Shown piece by piece: positions 1 to 12,660 of a DNA stretch of 64,000 nt (within the stretch, counting starts at the first letter, position 1; every line of letters begins with the position of its first letter). The stretch is from Octopus sinensis. Its lineage: Eukaryota. The notes under the pieces are model-generated. The model was not told the origin of the DNA. It did no database searches and worked only from the letters and a program-made list of their open reading frames with translations. The stretch lies in assembly GCF_006345805.1 (NCBI RefSeq), contig NC_043008.1:56296001-56360000 (forward strand), written 5' to 3'. The translations under genes were made by a program, and so were the position numbers.

Positions 1-60
1 TGACGTACGGAGTATGAAAGTTCAAAAAATTCAAAAGGCGTGAGAAGAAAATATATATAC

Positions 61-351
61 TAGTGCTTCTCAACCATTTTTTTTCAATCTATGGACCCCA
101 ATAGCCATTCGATGAATAAAAACCTAGTTTATAGAATCTTCTTTCCAAATTTCTGTTTTGTTTATTACAAATTAACTTGCGTAAGCTGAACTACGTAGAA
201 TGTCAGAGACAGAAACCCATCTGTTACCTACAATAAATACATATAAAACAAAATTTTTCAGGGGCCCTTATACTACTGTGGATCTCCAGTTTACTATTTT
301 GCTTGTATGGTTCCCAAGAGATCTTAAATGGATCTCGGCTGAGAATCACTG
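61..351. mobile_element. MITE with hAT-like 15-bp terminal inverted repeats
   Basis: TAGTGCTTCTCAACC (61-75) versus GGCTGAGAATCACTG (337-351), 3 mismatches in 15; resembles the CAGTG(G/A)TTCTCAACC ends of hAT-Charlie-type elements; no 8-bp TSD visible. Confidence 0.5.
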
Positions 352-360
352 CATTAGATA

Positions 361-983
361 ATTCTTTCTACTAAAAGAATAAGGCCCGAAATTTTGTGGA
401 AGGGGAGGCTACTCGATTACATCAACCTAGTGTTTATTTGGTACTTACTACATTGACCCCGAAAGGAAGGCAAAAAAATTCGACATCGGAAGAATTTGAA
501 TTCAAAACGTAAAGACGCAACTGGTACTTAATTTATCGACCCCGAAAGGATGAAAGACAAAGTCGACCTCGGTGGAATTTAAAATATTCTTTTCTACTCT
601 AGGCACAAGGCCCGAAATTTTTTAGGAGACGGCCAGTCAATTAGATCGACCCCAGTACGCAACTGGTACTTAATTTATCGATTCCGAAAGGATGAAAGGT
701 AAAGTAGACCTCGGCGGAATTTGAAATCAGAACGTAGCGGCATTGGAATTACCTATTTCTTTATTACCCACAAGGGGCTAAACACAGAGAGGACAAACAA
801 GGACAGACAAACGGATTAAGTCGATTATATCGACCCCAGTGCGTATCTGGTACTTAATTTATCGACTCCGAAAGGATGAAAGGCAAAGTCGATCTCGGCG
901 GAATTTGAACTCAGAACGTAGCGGCAGACGAAATGCCACAAAGCATTTCGCCCGGCGTGCTAACAATTCTGCCAACTCGCTGC
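361..983 (-). mobile_element. tRNA-headed SINE family A, composite tandem array with two alternative tail types
   Basis: Reverse complement of the family A head (GCGAGCTGGCAGAA...GAGTTCAAATTCC, A/B-box-like) followed by repeated GTCGACTTTGCCTTTCATCCTTTCGGGGTCGAT units. Confidence 0.85.
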
Positions 984-1491
984 GGTTTCGATACACTAAC
1001 TGATGCAGAGATAATATATCAGAAAACAAAAGATAGGGCACGGTTGAAGTATTTTACTGTGTGTCAACTTAAATAAGAGCTGGATCTTAACCATCAACAA
1101 AATAAGCACCCTTTTTCTGCACTGGTTTAACAGTTCGCTTTGTGACACAGGCATCGTCTAAGTACAATGGTCGATAGATTTTTTGTGAACTGTTTCACTA
1201 AATAACTATATAATTATCCCAGTTACTTGACCCATCTTAACCTTTGACATTACAGGTCATTATATATATGAGTCTCTCTCTAAACGCCAGAAATAACTTG
1301 CGTGGTATTAACAGAATATCATTGGCTGATTTGGACAAGACAAAAATGTGTCAGTCGCGAATCTCAGTTGATTGAATATTTGTTGGTGTTCTTGTTGTTG
1401 CTGTTGCTGCTAAATTTTTCTTTTCATTACTTTTTTTTTTATTTCTTAAGAGAGAGAGAGAAGTATGCAGTAGCGTTACTAATCTCCGATA

Positions 1492-1991
1492 AGACGGCAG
1501 CGAGTTGGCAGAATCGTTAGCACGCCGGATAAATGCTTAGCGGTATTTCGTCTGCCGTTACGTTCGGAGTTCAAATTCCGCCGAGGTCGACTTTGCCTTT
1601 CATCCTTTCGGGGTCGATTAAATAAGTACCAGTTACGCACTGGGGTCGATATAATCGACTTAATCCGTGTGTTTGTCCTTGTTTGTCCTCTCTGTGTTTA
1701 GCCCTTTGTGGGTAGTAAAGAAATAGGTATTTTGTCTGCCGCTACGTTCTGAGTTCAAATTCCGCCGAGGTCGACTTTGCCTTTCATCCTTTTGGGGTCG
1801 ATTAAATAAGTATCAGTTACGCACTGGGGTCGATATAATCGACTTAGTCCGTTTGTGTGTCCTTGTTTGTCCCCTCTGTGTTTAGCCCCTTGTGGGTAGT
1901 AAAGAAATAAGTATTTCGTCTGCCGCTACGTTCGGAGTTCAAATTCCGCCGAGGTCGACTTTACCTTTCGTCCTTTCGGGGTCGATAAATA
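1492..1991 (+). mobile_element. SINE family A, head plus tandem ~184-bp units
   Basis: Head at 1492; junction AAAGAAATA(G/A)GTATTT(C/T)GTCTG near 1720 and 1905; cut at 1991 against a mariner relic. Confidence 0.9.
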
Positions 1992-2871
1992 GATCAAAAT
2001 TGGGCCATCTCCATTCACTAGTCTTGGCTGCTTCTTTTTCAAAATCTCATGCATACAATCAATTTCTTGGCAATACGATGTTGCTGTTACCGTTTTCCCT
2101 TGTTGCAAATATGAATAATGAATAACTCCCTTCGAAGACCACCATACAGTGACCAGTAACTTTTTAGGATGCAATGGTGGGTTTGGGTGGTGTTTAGGTG
2201 ACTCTCCTGCATCTAATCACTGTCCTGTTCTCCTGCTGTTGTCAAAGAGCATCCATTTCTAATCACAAGTAATGATTCGATGCAAAAATGGTCTTTTTCC
2301 AGTCGAGAAAGCAATAAGGAGCACACTTCGAGGCGTCTATTTTTTTAAAAATCTCGTTCAGTTGATGTGGAACAAACCTATCTGTTTTCTTAACTTTCCC
2401 AATATTTTACTGGTGTCCAAAAACAGTTGTGCGAGATGTTTGGAGTTCTGATGAAAGTCTTCGAACCTTTGTTCTCGGGTTTTGTTCAACCAAAGCATTT
2501 AATCCATCATGCTGAACAACTGATTTTGGCCTACTCCTTGCTTTATTTTCAAGGCTATTCATCTCTTGAACGAGAGCTTTGGAACCATCTCTGAGCAGTT
2601 CTGACATCAACAAAACCATTACCAAAGGCTCGCTTGATATTCCGTAGAGCTTCCGCGGCAGAGTGACCCAGTTTGTACTGATACGAGAAAATCACTCAAC
2701 ATAGTTTGGTTATTATCATTTTCAGAAGGTCTGTGGGTACCAATTTTGTATACCAACATTGTTGGGAAAGAAATAGGGCCAAGATTAAATGCAAGGTATA
2801 CATAACTGGGTTTTTAGATAACTGAGATAACATGTAATTAAAAATGCGACATTTCATGTGAAACAACCGAA
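1992..2871 (-). mobile_element. mariner transposon relic, 3'-truncated
   Basis: Minus-strand fragments HPKKLLVTVWWSSKGVIHY and ALVEQNPRTKVRRLSSEL; TIR-like TTCGGTTGTTTCACATGAAATGTCGC ending at 2871 next to TA. Confidence 0.85.
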
Positions 2872-3162
2872 TATGAATGGTGTTGAAATGAGGTGTTTGG
2901 GTGGATTCCAGGAACTGGTGGTATTAGGAAGTGAGTGGAGTGTGGGCGTACTGGAAGTACTGAGAGAGGTGGGGGTGGACTTCGTCTAACGAGTGCGTTA
3001 AGCTTACTGCATGTGTAGGTGGACAGGACGTCTAGGAAAGGCTCACTGACTCACTCACCGGATGCTTTGCTGACTCCGTCGTATGTCATAATAATACATG
3101 TGCAACAGAACGTAAGTGTCAGTGCTCACACAAACACGTGCGTGTGTATATCTATCTATCTG

Positions 3163-3250
<88 letters not shown>

Positions 3251-3307
3251 CCTACCTACCTATCTACCTACCTACCTACCTACCTACCTACATACCTACC
3301 TACCTAC

Positions 3308-3365
<58 letters not shown>

Positions 3366-3795
3366 ATCTATCTATCTATCTATCTATATCTATCTATAAA
3401 ATTCTATGTTTATTCCCTATGCATTCTCAAACGGCTCGATCAAATCAAATGTGTGTGTATGTATGTGAGTGTGTGTGTGTGTGTGTGTGCGTGAGTGTGT
3501 GTGAGGGTATGTTTATCGTCCCTGCCGCTTGACAACTGGTATTGGCCTTTACACGCCCCTTAACGGTTCTGCAAGAATAGACCGAGATAATTAGTACAAG
3601 ACTTAAAAAGAAACTGAGTACATAAATACCGGAGTTGAAAAAATAATTTTGGCAACCGAACACTTTACGCTTGAGTTCTGAAACTAAGAGCACAATCGTT
3701 TGAACAACAGAACAACGTGCTCGTTGAATTAAGCTGCAACGTGGCCGAGTATTCCACAGGCACATGTACCTTTGATTCAATACGCAGGTAAGCAG

Positions 3796-3949
3796 AGGCG
3801 GCGAGCTGGCAGAATAGTTAGCACGCCGGGCAAAATGCTTAGCGGTATTTCGTCTGCCGTTACGTTCTGAGTTCAAATTCCGCCGAGGTCGACTTTGCCT
3901 TTCATCCTTTCGGGATCGATTAAATAAGTACCAGTTACGCACTGGGGTC
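3796..3949 (+). mobile_element. SINE family A, truncated by assembly gap
   Basis: AGGCGGCGAGCTGGCAGAATAGTTAGC head with B-box GAGTTCAAATTCC. Confidence 0.85.
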
Positions 3950-4049
3950 NNNNNNNNNNNNNNNNNNNNNNNNNNNNNNNNNNNNNNNNNNNNNNNNNNN
4001 NNNNNNNNNNNNNNNNNNNNNNNNNNNNNNNNNNNNNNNNNNNNNNNNN
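3950..4049. other. assembly gap (100 N)
   Basis: Run of exactly 100 n. Confidence 1.
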
Positions 4050-4105
4050 ATTTACAACCCCTATCTCAATTTGTATATTATATATATATATATATATATA
4101 TATGC

Positions 4106-4139
<34 letters not shown>

Positions 4140-4194
4140 ATATAATATATATATATATTATTATATATATATATTATTATATATATATACACAC

Positions 4195-4653
4195 AGGCGC
4201 GGGAGTGCTGTGTGGTAACTAAGCTTGCTTACCAACCACATGGTTCGGTTTCAGTCCCACTGCGTGGCAACAACATGGTTCCGGTTTCAGTCCCACTGCG
4301 TGGCACCTTCTACTATAGCCTCGGGCCGACCAAAGCCTTGTGAGTGGATTTGATAGATGGAAACTGAAAGAAGCCTGTCGTATATATATATGTGTGTGTG
4401 TATGTGTATGTGTGTGTGTGTATGTGTATGTGTGTGTGTGTATGTGTATGTTTATGTTTGTGTGTCTGTGTTTGCCCACCCAACAGCGCTTGACAACCGA
4501 TGTTGGTGTGTTTACGTCCCCGTAACCTAGCGGTTAAGCAAAAGAGACCGATAGAATAAGTATTAGGCTTACAAAGAATAAGTCCCGAGGTCGATTTGTT
4601 CGACGAAAGGCTCCAGCATGGCCGCAATCAAATGACTGAAACAAGTAAAAGAA
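4195..4653 (+). mobile_element. tRNA-headed SINE family B (CORE-like domain, internal (TA)n(TG)n), with duplicated B-box segment
   Basis: AGGCGC..GAGTG.CTGTGTGGTAA head; the ~33-bp ACATGGTTC(C)GGTTTCAGTCCCACTGCGTGGCA segment occurs twice (about 4236-4305); tail CCAGCATGGCCGCAATCAAATGACTGAAACAAGTAAAAG. Confidence 0.9.
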
Positions 4654-4726
4654 TATATATACTTTTATATATGCGGCTGTGTGCGTATATTGTGTATCTG
4701 TATGTATGTATATATGTATGTTTTTC

Positions 4727-4935
4727 TATTTTATTTTATTTTATCTAGTTTCAGCTCACGAGCTGTGGCCATGCTGGTGCACCGCAGGAAGAGATCCTGT
4801 TTTATTTTAATGACATCTGCATCCACCCCATGCAGGTCTCTCAGGTTCTTCGGGAGGATATTAAAGAGCTGTGGGCCTCTGAAGCCCAGGCTATCACAGT
4901 ATCTTGTCTTACATCTTGATGGCAAATTTGGAGTC
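4727..4935 (-). mobile_element. CR1/L2-type LINE 3' fragment with (TAAAA)n tail
   Basis: Translation SLGFRGPQLFNILPKNLRDLHGVDADVIKIKQDLFL fits the CR1-group RT C-terminus (LFNxLP...LDxFL); joined to tail GCGGTGCACCAGCATGGCCACAGCTCGTGAGCTGAAACTAGATAAAATAAAA. Confidence 0.75.
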
Positions 4936-5264
4936 AAATAAATACCCTTTGTCTGTCCTTGTTTGTCCCCTCAATGGTTATATCCCTGTGGGCAATAAAT
5001 ATATTGTGGAATTCAGCGAGAAAGAGAAGGCACGCAAGACATCTTGGTCATCTACTGTATCCGTGTCCATCCTAGTCGTCTTGAATGGGTCTTGCCACTG
5101 GATTGAATATGTTCACGGGCAAGAGAATAAAGTCGACAGTGTACAACTCTTTTTTTTTTAATTTTAAACAAAGTCATTACGCAAGTCATCAGTAATCTAT
5201 AAGGATGACTAGACAGTCCTGGTCGCCCCGACGAACGAACATATATAATAGTTTATATATGATA

Positions 5265-5679
5265 AGGCGGCGAGCTGGCAAAAACGTTAGCGCGCCGGGC
5301 GAAATGCTTAGCGGTATTTCGTCTGTCGTTACGTCCTGAGTTCAAATTCCGCCGAGGTCGACTTTGCCTTTCATCCTTTCGGGGTCGATAAATAAAGTAC
5401 CAGTTACGCACTGGGATCAAGGCAATCGACTTAATCCGTTTGTCTGTCCGTGTTTGTCCTCTCTGTGTTTAGCCCCTTGTGGGTAGTAAAGAAATAGGTA
5501 TTTCGTCTGTCTTTACGTTCTGAGTTCAAATTCCGCCGAGGTCGACTTTGCCTTTCATCCTTTCGCGGTCGATAAATAAAGTACCAATTACGCACTGGGG
5601 GTCGATGTAATCGACTTAATCCCTTTGTCTGTCCTTGTTTGTCCACTCTGTTTAGCCTCTTGTCGGCAATAAAGAAATA
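5265..5679 (+). mobile_element. SINE family A, head plus second tandem unit
   Basis: Full head at 5265; junction AAAGAAATAGGTATTTCGTCTG near 5490. Confidence 0.9.
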
Positions 5680-5700
5680 TATTCAATCGTTTATATATGA

Positions 5701-6095
5701 CTACCAGTATCACCCGGCGTTGCTCGGGTTTGTAAGGGAAATAATTATATAAGCATTTTTAGAGAGTTATAGCCAAAAAATAGCAAAATAATGCATTAAA
5801 AATGGAAAAAAATGATGGTAATTTTTTAAAAAATCGTTGACTCATCGTAGACATTTTTAGAGAGTTACTTCCCTTATATAATAGCGAAAAAATGCATTGA
5901 AATGGAAAAAATGATGGTTAAAATTTTTTTTTAACGTTCACTCATCGTAGACGCGCGCTAATACCGAGAAAGGCTCGATATGAACCACGACTATAAGATA
6001 CCCGGTTTTGGTTAAACTGCACTGCAAAATGTGGGAGTAGTTAGGAATCTAAATCGTAGGAGACAGACACACAACTTGACTTTTATATATAAAGA
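5701..6095 (-). mobile_element. non-autonomous Helitron
   Basis: On the minus strand: A|TC start, 3' hairpin CCCGAGCAACGCCGGG, end GTAG|T; internal ~100-bp duplication; same family as 33178-33566. Confidence 0.8.
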
Positions 6096-6417
6096 TTTTC
6101 TAATACAACGAAGCCTCCCGTGCACACGCTTGTTTGTGTGTTTGTGTTTGTATGTGTGTTGTCGGCGCGCACTTGTGTGTCTGACTCAGCATTTGACAAC
6201 CGGTGTAGATTTGTCTGCGTCGCTCTAACTTTGAGTTTTGTCCAGAAAGCGATTGAGAGAATGCATGTTAGGCGCAAATAAATAATGGGGTAGATTCGAT
6301 TAATTAAAAAGAATTTTTTTCAAGGTAATGCCCCAGCGTGGCCGCAATCGAAAAAATGAAACCGGCAAATGAAATATGTCAATACCCAGAAACTCGAGTC
6401 CGTGTGTATCATAAGTT

Positions 6418-6545
6418 GAAGACGGGAAGGATGGCTTCCCTTTGCAAATACTGATAGGGCACAGAAAGTGTGTCTATAGCCAGCTGGAGGAGGTGTCCTC
6501 CTGGGACTACAAACTTAGGGATTAGCCATATTTAAATGGCAAATG
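6418..6545 (+). mobile_element. 3' end of an RTE-like LINE
   Basis: GAAGACGGGAAGGATGGCTTCCC resembles the RTE ORF end (EDRxxW after one indel); same family at 8727-8980, 24696-24870, 63580-63700 and 63935-64000. Confidence 0.45.
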
Positions 6546-6704
6546 TACGTCACGATGTGTTGCAGCTACTGTTTATAACACGCTCTAAGATTTATTATAT
6601 ATATATATATATGCATACATACAAATAAAAGAAGTGAAACATACTCATACACGGTTGTACGAACACACACATTGGATCCCAACACATATACACGTTCACA
6701 TCAT

Positions 6705-6741
<37 letters not shown>

Positions 6742-7960
6742 TGTATGTGTGTATGCGTATGTGCGCGTGTATGTGTGTATGCATTATTAGCACCAGAAGT
6801 ACTATTAAATTAGAATAGCCATGTGTTTCATAATCAACGAAGTTTCATTGCAAAAACCCAAATTAATTACGGTATTTGTCTTATTGGCCTGCTCGCTTAG
6901 CCAGCGGGGTGGCATCATTTGAAGGCTAAAAACAATGCGAAGCGCATTGTGACCAGTGATGTGTAGCAAATCTGATAGCCTGGTCGGTCACGTGATCACG
7001 TGATTTGTCTTATAGACTTATTTAGTTAAATAACAAAAAAAAAAAAAAATATATATATCAGTAACAGCCAAAAAGCATAATTAAATTTTTGTCTGTTTTT
7101 TTCCGGAAAGTCGAATTACTGCGTATAAGCTTCTCTGTTGGACCGAAAGAGTGTAATTTGAAGGAGATTCTAACTACTTTAACTAACAAGTCAAACGATC
7201 ACACAATAAACTCCATTGTCGGACCTCCATGGTGTTTTTGAAGGCGATTTTGTTCGCTTAGTCTTGCAAGTTTAGCTCCGGTTCAGAGGCCTACTTGTTA
7301 GACACTCAGAGTATAATATGAAGAAAACATTAGTTGTTTTTTCTAGCATGTTGAACACTTCCTTAGAAGCTTCCTCGTTGGATGTGTTATAGTATTAGCT
7401 ATTACCATCTGCGATGTTGATCAATCAATCAATCTATCAACTGAATAGGGCTTCCCGTGTTAACAACTTCAAATGTTTTATCTTTTCTACTTTTCTATTT
7501 TATTACTCATAGCTCCTTTAGATACCTAGGTGGCGCTGACAGCTCAGTGTGATGACACGTGACTTATCTTGGTGTCAGAATACTTGAAACTAGAATGGCG
7601 ACCAGTGAAATGTGTTCTATTTTGGCTTTGCTATTTTTGTTGATGTATTTTTTCCTCAAACTTTCTTTGTTTTTGATGTTATTTTGAGCTATCTTATTGA
7701 AATTGCATACCAGACATATTTTCCCGAGCCATTTCAAACGATATAAAACTACAACAAATAAAGTAAATATAATTTACTTACTTCGGACTCCCTCTGTTTC
7801 TCCCCTTCCTCCTCCTTCTCCTTCTCCCTCTCTCCCTATCCCTTTATTCTTGCACTCTTATCGATGCCTCTAATTTTCCATGCTTTTCATTGTTTCCCAG
7901 ATTCTCCATTTCTTCTGTTTGGTCTCAGTATCTCTATATATCTCCCCCTCTCCTCTCTCG

Positions 7961-8043
<83 letters not shown>

Positions 8044-8070
8044 TCCCACTTTCATTCTGTCTCTTCCCAA

Positions 8071-8123
<53 letters not shown>

Positions 8124-8137
8124 GATCGATCGATCGA

Positions 8138-8205
<68 letters not shown>

Positions 8206-8368
8206 CCTCTCTCTCTCTCTCTCTCTCCCTTTCTCTCTCTTACTCTCCCCTTTTCTTTGTGCAGAAGTGTGCGCGCACACACACAAACTCACATACACAC
8301 ACATTCTCATATACAATTAACTTCTCTAAAATTCATATACAAACACATGCATGTCAAAAATACACAAA

Positions 8369-8415
<47 letters not shown>

Positions 8416-8495
8416 CTCTTTAACTTTCTATCTACTATTTTATTTCTTATAAACAGTGAATTTTCCTGTCTAGAGCTTTTATACATACTCACCTT

Positions 8496-8571
8496 GTCTC
8501 TGATGACGGAATACCCAATGTACGGACATGCTAGACTAACGCTTGGGATATCCCAGAAACAGCTGTAAGAC
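8496..8571 (+). ncRNA. type I hammerhead ribozyme motif in a PLE-like 3' end
   Basis: Helix I GTCT/AGAC; core CTGATGA 8500-8506; helix II 8507-8518 with 8543-8555 (10 pairs, 2 mismatches, 1 bulge); GAAA 8556-8559; palindromic ACAGCTGT; GUA cleavage triplet. Confidence 0.75.
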
Positions 8572-8655
8572 TTCAAATTCACCTTATCCTAATTAAATAT
8601 TCTAAATGACTTGAGATGCATGTCCTGCCTTGGTTTTTATTGTCCTATTGCCTCT

Positions 8656-8689
<34 letters not shown>

Positions 8690-8726
8690 AAATCTGTGAG
8701 CGAGGTATAAACAGAAGCTGCACGGC

Positions 8727-8976
8727 ATCGTGAAGTATATTTGCCACTTAAATGTGGCTAACCCTTAAGGGCGGATGCTACTGTAGCTTGTAGCCCCAGG
8801 TGGACACCTCCTCCGGCTGGCTATTGTTACACTTTCTGAAGATGGGAAGGATGGCTTCTCTTTGCAAATACAGAAAGTGTGTCAATAGCCAGCTGGAGGA
8901 GGTGTCACCTGGGGCTGCACCCACAGTAGCATCCACCCTTAAGGGTTATCCACATTTAAGTGGCAACTATGCTTCA

Positions 8977-8980
<4 letters not shown>
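8727..8980. repeat. head-to-head inverted pair of RTE-like 3' ends (imperfect palindrome)
   Basis: 8727-8838 is the imperfect reverse complement of 8872-8980; both arms end in the element tail pointing outward; the right end runs into (TA)n. Confidence 0.85.
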
Positions 8981-9030
<50 letters not shown>

Positions 9031-9032
9031 TG

Positions 9033-9092
<60 letters not shown>

Positions 9093-9414
9093 CATACATA
9101 TAGTTGATGAATGAAGCAGAGGGGGCATTAGTCTTTCTTTAGTTCGACGAGCGTTTCGACCCCTCCTGCGACTGTCCTTCATGGGTGGGATATTGTGCAT
9201 CCAATTGTGTTGTATCGATCAGTGCAGTCTGGGTTGAATCAGGTGCATGCATACACGAGTCCTGTCCCGCTCAGTATGTTGAGTTCTCGCAATCATGTTG
9301 GTGTTTACCGGCTGAGCGTCAAACTAAGATACCTGTTTGTTGTTCAAATACCTGTCTTCTTCTTTTGCTTTTCTGTAAATTTCAACTAGATATATAAATA
9401 TATATGTATATGTA

Positions 9415-9454
<40 letters not shown>

Positions 9455-9477
9455 ATCTATCTATCTATCTATCTATC

Positions 9478-9539
<62 letters not shown>

Positions 9540-9749
9540 GACTGACTGTCTGTCTGTCTGTCTATCTATCTGCCTCTCTTTCTCTCTCTTATATATGTAT
9601 GTATTATATATATATATATATGTATATGTATAATATATATATATTATATATAAATATATATTTATATATATACCCTATATATAATACATATATAATATAT
9701 AATAATATATGTATATATATATATATATAATATATATATATTTGTTTAT

Positions 9750-9986
9750 ATAGTACAAGAGAGAGAGAGGGAGAGAGAGGAGAGAGAGGAGAAAGAAAAA
9801 GTAGAGAAAATAGATATAGATATAATACATACATGCGTGTGTGATCGCATGTTTGTGTGTGTGTCTGTGTGTGCTTATACATAAATATATGCAGGTATGC
9901 ATGTGTGTACGTATGTATGTATGTATGTATGTATGTATGTATGTATGTATGTATGTATCTATATATCTATCTATCTATCTATCTGC

Positions 9987-10020
<34 letters not shown>

Positions 10021-10622
10021 GTATTTTAGGTATACATATATAGTATATATATGTATATATATTATATACATATGTTGTATATATATATATATGTATATAT
10101 AATAAATATATATATATATATATATTGTATATAAGAAAAAGGGACAGGGCAAACAGGTTGCTTGACCGCATACCGAAAAAATAGAAATAGCAGTCAAGAA
10201 TGCTTATTTCTATCAAAGTTGGACTCCGAGCACGACAAACCCTGTAATCACATACGCAAACAGAAGGAATAGATAACGAAAACGAAGTCTGGTGGTTATC
10301 TGTGAACATCATGTTTCTGGATTATAAACATATTGAATATATATTCATATATATTTTTGATATATATTTCATATACATTGCATATATATTTCACATCCTT
10401 CTTCAGCACAGCTTTCCATTGAAAAAGATTTATCAATGCTACGTACCTCAAACCTTCTGACCATGCGACATCAAAATATTGAAGAAAGTGAGCAAAAGCT
10501 AAAACTACATAGACGTTTGAATTCGTAAATCTTCCCTCCAAAATTTTGCCATGCGCACTACAAAAATAGTTCCATAAGATTGGGAACTATTGGATATATT
10601 TATTTATATATGTACAAGAGAG

Positions 10623-10670
<48 letters not shown>

Positions 10671-10814
10671 AAAAGTAGAGAAAATAGATATAGATATACA
10701 TACATACATGCGTATGTGATCACGTGTGTGTGTGTCTGTGTGTGCTTATACATAAATATATGCAGGTATGCATGTATGTATGTATGCATGTATGTATGTA
10801 TGTATGTATGTTTG

Positions 10815-10887
<73 letters not shown>

Positions 10888-10890
10888 GTC
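9750..10890. repeat. dispersed duplication of a microsatellite-rich module (about 9750-10020 and 10610-10890)
   Basis: Shared unique anchors AAAGAAAAAGTAGAGAAAATAGATATAGATATA and GTGCTTATACATAAATATATGCAGGTATGCATG. Confidence 0.8.
10300..10411 (-). ncRNA. type I hammerhead ribozyme motif with long AT-rich loop II
   Basis: Minus strand: helix I CTGTG/CACAG; core CTGAAGA; helix II (A)GGAT/ATCC(A) closing a ~70-nt TA-rich loop; GAAA; near-palindrome ACATGATGT; GUU triplet. Confidence 0.7.
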
Positions 10891-11148
10891 TGTCTGTCTA
10901 TGCTGTGCTAACGCACGTCTCATAATGTGCTCTCCATACAAAGAAACAAAGGGCCCGTCGAGAAACGTGAGATTTCTCTCCTTTGGCTCACATCAAAATA
11001 ATTTATTCCACTTAAAGATTACTTACTGTTTACCGACAAAGTTTCTTGAGATTATTCGTGTTTTATTTGCAAACAAATTGTTTAACTGCATTATCGTAAA
11101 TCCCTGCAATTTTATCACTATTTCTTATGAATACCCACATAGACGCCC

Positions 11149-11251
<103 letters not shown>

Positions 11252-11256
11252 CATCC

Positions 11257-11310
<54 letters not shown>

Positions 11311-11492
11311 ATATATATATATATATATATATCTGTCTATCTGCCAGTCTGTGTCGTATCTGTATATCTGTCTGTCCGACCATCTGCGTATATATGTATA
11401 TCTGTGCAAAATATATATATGTGTGTGTATATATATGTGTCTATATATATATAAGAGTAAAAATATATATATGTGTCTATATATATAAGAGT

Positions 11493-12140
11493 AAAAACCT
11501 ACAGAATTGGTCTCTAGAGTAGTGGAAGAATGTTATTTTATCGGACGAGTCAGCCTTAACCTTATTTCCGACCACCGGCTGAGTTTACGTGTGGAGACAT
11601 CCAAAAGAAGCATTTGACCAGACTACCTTCTAACTGATAAACATGAAGGTGGATCTGTGATAATCTAGGGGCCTATATCTTGGAAATCTGCCGGCCCAAT
11701 GGTTTCCCTTCATGGCAGAATTAATAGTCAAGACTATTTAAGCATTTTATCTGATCAAATTCATCCTATTGATGCAGAACTGTTTCCAAGGGGAAACGCA
11801 ATCCTTCAGGATGATAATGCACCAATTCACACAGCTAAAGTTGTTACTGAATGGCACGAGGAACATTCTAGTGAAGTTGAACATCTTATCTGGCCACCAC
11901 AGTCTCCAGATCTTAATATTATTGAACATTTATGGTGCATTTCAGAAAAACAAGTAAGGAGTCGATATCCTCCCGTTTCAGCTGAAGAATGCACAAAAAT
12001 TCCTTTGGAAACAATTCAAACTTTGTGCGAATCCATACCGCGTAGAATTTAAGCTGTAATTACTGCCAAAGGCAGACCTACTCCATACTAATACAAATTT
12101 GCCTGAAATTATAAGGTGTTTCCATTATTTTGTGCAACCC

Positions 12141-12143
<3 letters not shown>
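11493..12143 (+). mobile_element. Tc1-type transposon, 3' half, DD36E spacing
   Basis: ORF 11699-12052 QDDNAPIH...WPPQSPDLNIIEHLW; right TIR GGTGTTTCCATTATTTTGTGCAACCCCTG then TA; same family as 20002-21237. Confidence 0.9.
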
Positions 12144-12237
<94 letters not shown>

Positions 12238-12461
12238 CATATACACACATATATATATAATTACATATATATAACCAAAGATTCGATGTAAGGTTTTTTC
12301 CTCGACTTTTATAAATTTATATATTTTTTATATTTTATATTGAGCCCATTTTTGTTTATCCCTCGAATATGACCGTTATTTGAAAGGACCAATCAAACAA
12401 GTCTATTTTTAAAGGTGTAACGTTTATACTAGTCTTGATAGAATTGTCATATCGGTTCTAT

Positions 12462-12520
12462 TTTAACAAAACTGTCCGACGAACGGGAACGTGAAACTCC
12501 GATTAACAGGTTTTGTTGAA
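12462..12520 (+). ncRNA. type I hammerhead-like motif with C4 core variant
   Basis: 14-bp helix I (12462-12475 with 12506-12520, one bulge); core CCGACGA; helix II ACG-GGAA-CGT; GAAA; degenerate helix III ACTCCGATT; UUA triplet. Confidence 0.6.
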
Positions 12521-12660
12521 TTTCTGCTGCTTTTAAATAAAGTATATATATATTAATATATATATACATATATATACATATATATATGTATGAAAAAAAA
12601 AATATATATATATAGATAAGAAAGTTGGTTTGTGAAAGCACGTGGGTGAATATATAAAAA

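Noticed and set aside
1492-1991. SINE A 184-bp tandem units as ribozyme-bearing retrozymes
   Set aside because: No hammerhead core found by eye on either strand of the unit; other ribozyme classes were not tested.
6385-6405. GAAA-CTCGAG-TC palindrome
   Set aside because: Only the 3' half; upstream is a SINE-like tail with no core or helix I partner.
7525-7540. CCTAGGTGGCGCTG as a CTCF site
   Set aside because: Only the 3' part of the motif matches; such GGTGGCGC motifs are common in transposon remnants.
9140-9195. Minus-strand CATGAAGGAC...GTC-GAAA-CGCTCG-TC
   Set aside because: Core has an insertion and lacks A9; helix I does not pair.
10405-10530. Plus-strand frame AQLSIEKDLSMLRTSNLL... 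after a TCCTTCTTCAG acceptor-like site
   Set aside because: Short and unrecognised; it overlaps the antisense of a hammerhead-bearing repeat end.
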